Position numbers and translations under genes: made by a program
Shown here: positions 23,746 through 24,365 of the stretch, piece by piece
Position numbering within the stretch: the first letter of the stretch is position 1
How the letters are laid out: every line of letters starts with the position of its first letter
The notes under the pieces: generated by a model
The model's database searches: none
Told to the model about the DNA's origin: nothing
The model's input: the letters and a program-made list of their open reading frames with translations, nothing else
Origin: a virus
Lineage: Duplodnaviria > Caudoviricetes
DNA length: 24,365 nucleotides
IMG/VR virus record: IMGVR_UViG_3300016476_000792
Coordinates: 1 to 24,365 of that record
Strand: one strand, 5' to 3'

Positions 23746-24365
23746 ATGAAGTTTTTATCTCAGATTAACGTCAACACGGAGTATACCCTGCCGATAGTTG
23801 ATGGAACGAATGGGCAGGTGTTGGCGACTGACGGCAATGGAACTGTCTATTGGGGCAGCATCGCCGCTGGTGTCACGACCCTTGATGGTCTGACGGACGT
23901 AATTCTCACTAGCCCGTCGTCAGGGCAACTGCTCCGCTATGGCATTCCTCCTGGCTCTGGAGAGACTCAGCCTGTGTGGTACAACTTCACTCCGAACTAC
24001 CTTACCCCGTCATCATCTATTGATAATCTCGGCGACGTTACGATTACCAGCGCAACGTCAGGACAGATTCTTCAGTGGAACGGAAGCGCTTGGGTTAACG
24101 CCGCAATATCAACTGTAGCATATGTCTCTAAGGTCCAGCACGACACTAAAGCTGGAACCACGATAGCTAAGGGACAAGCAGTATATGTTACTAGTTCCAA
24201 CGGAACCAATATGATTGTTGGACTTGCGTCTAATGCATCTGAGGCTACGTCTTCTAAGACAATGGGTCTTGCTGCTAACGCTGGAGTTCTTAATGATACA
24301 ATCACTGTTGTAACTGAGGGATTGCTATCTGGCCTGGATACGTCTACTGCAAATGCTGGTGACCC
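23746..24365 (+). CDS. Tail fibre protein, truncated by the window end (not in ORF track)
   Basis: Open to the end: MKFLSQINVNTEYTLPIVDGTNGQVLATDGNG...LDGLTDV...IDNLGDVTITSATSGQILQWNGSAWVN...IAKGQAVYV. Confidence 0.85.
   Translation, partial: MKFLSQINVNTEYTLPIVDGTNGQVLATDGNGTVYWGSIAAGVTTLDGLTDVILTSPSSGQLLRYGIPPGSGETQPVWYNFTPNYLTPSSSIDNLGDVTITSATSGQILQWNGSAWVNAAISTVAYVSKVQHDTKAGTTIAKGQAVYVTSSNGTNMIVGLASNASEATSSKTMGLAANAGVLNDTITVVTEGLLSGLDTSTANAGD

Overview
This window is part of a tailed dsDNA phage genome whose host is very probably a Bacteroidota species: TTTG-N(19-21)-TAnnTTTG promoters recur and start codons mostly lack Shine-Dalgarno motifs. From left to right it has five blocks. (1) 1-7425: a leftward early/middle block with a basic first gene, a MoxR/CobS-like AAA+ ATPase with a VWA-like partner, an Ocr-like acidic protein, DUF3846, HTH-like proteins and a degenerate NUMOD4-HNH. 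(2) 7440-8030: a hairpin-dense non-coding region between divergent promoters. (3) 8030-9906: a frameshifted tandem GroES-like gene, tRNA-Arg(UCU), five helically phased 20-bp palindromes beside an AT-rich tract (likely replication origin) and a wHTH-like gene. (4) 9752-13490: a leftward lysis and small-basic-protein block with an M15 endolysin, a u-spanin-like lipoprotein, EndoVII, a split DUF5872-like pair and a 34-aa peptide resembling the redox tail of ribonucleotide reductase. (5) 13542-end: a rightward morphogenesis block with a TerS candidate, TerL, portal, scaffold, major capsid and tail/fibre genes. Window-wide, I found no GATC, and a TGTCTAA motif is enriched near gene starts. All family calls come from motif recognition by eye; no searches were run.
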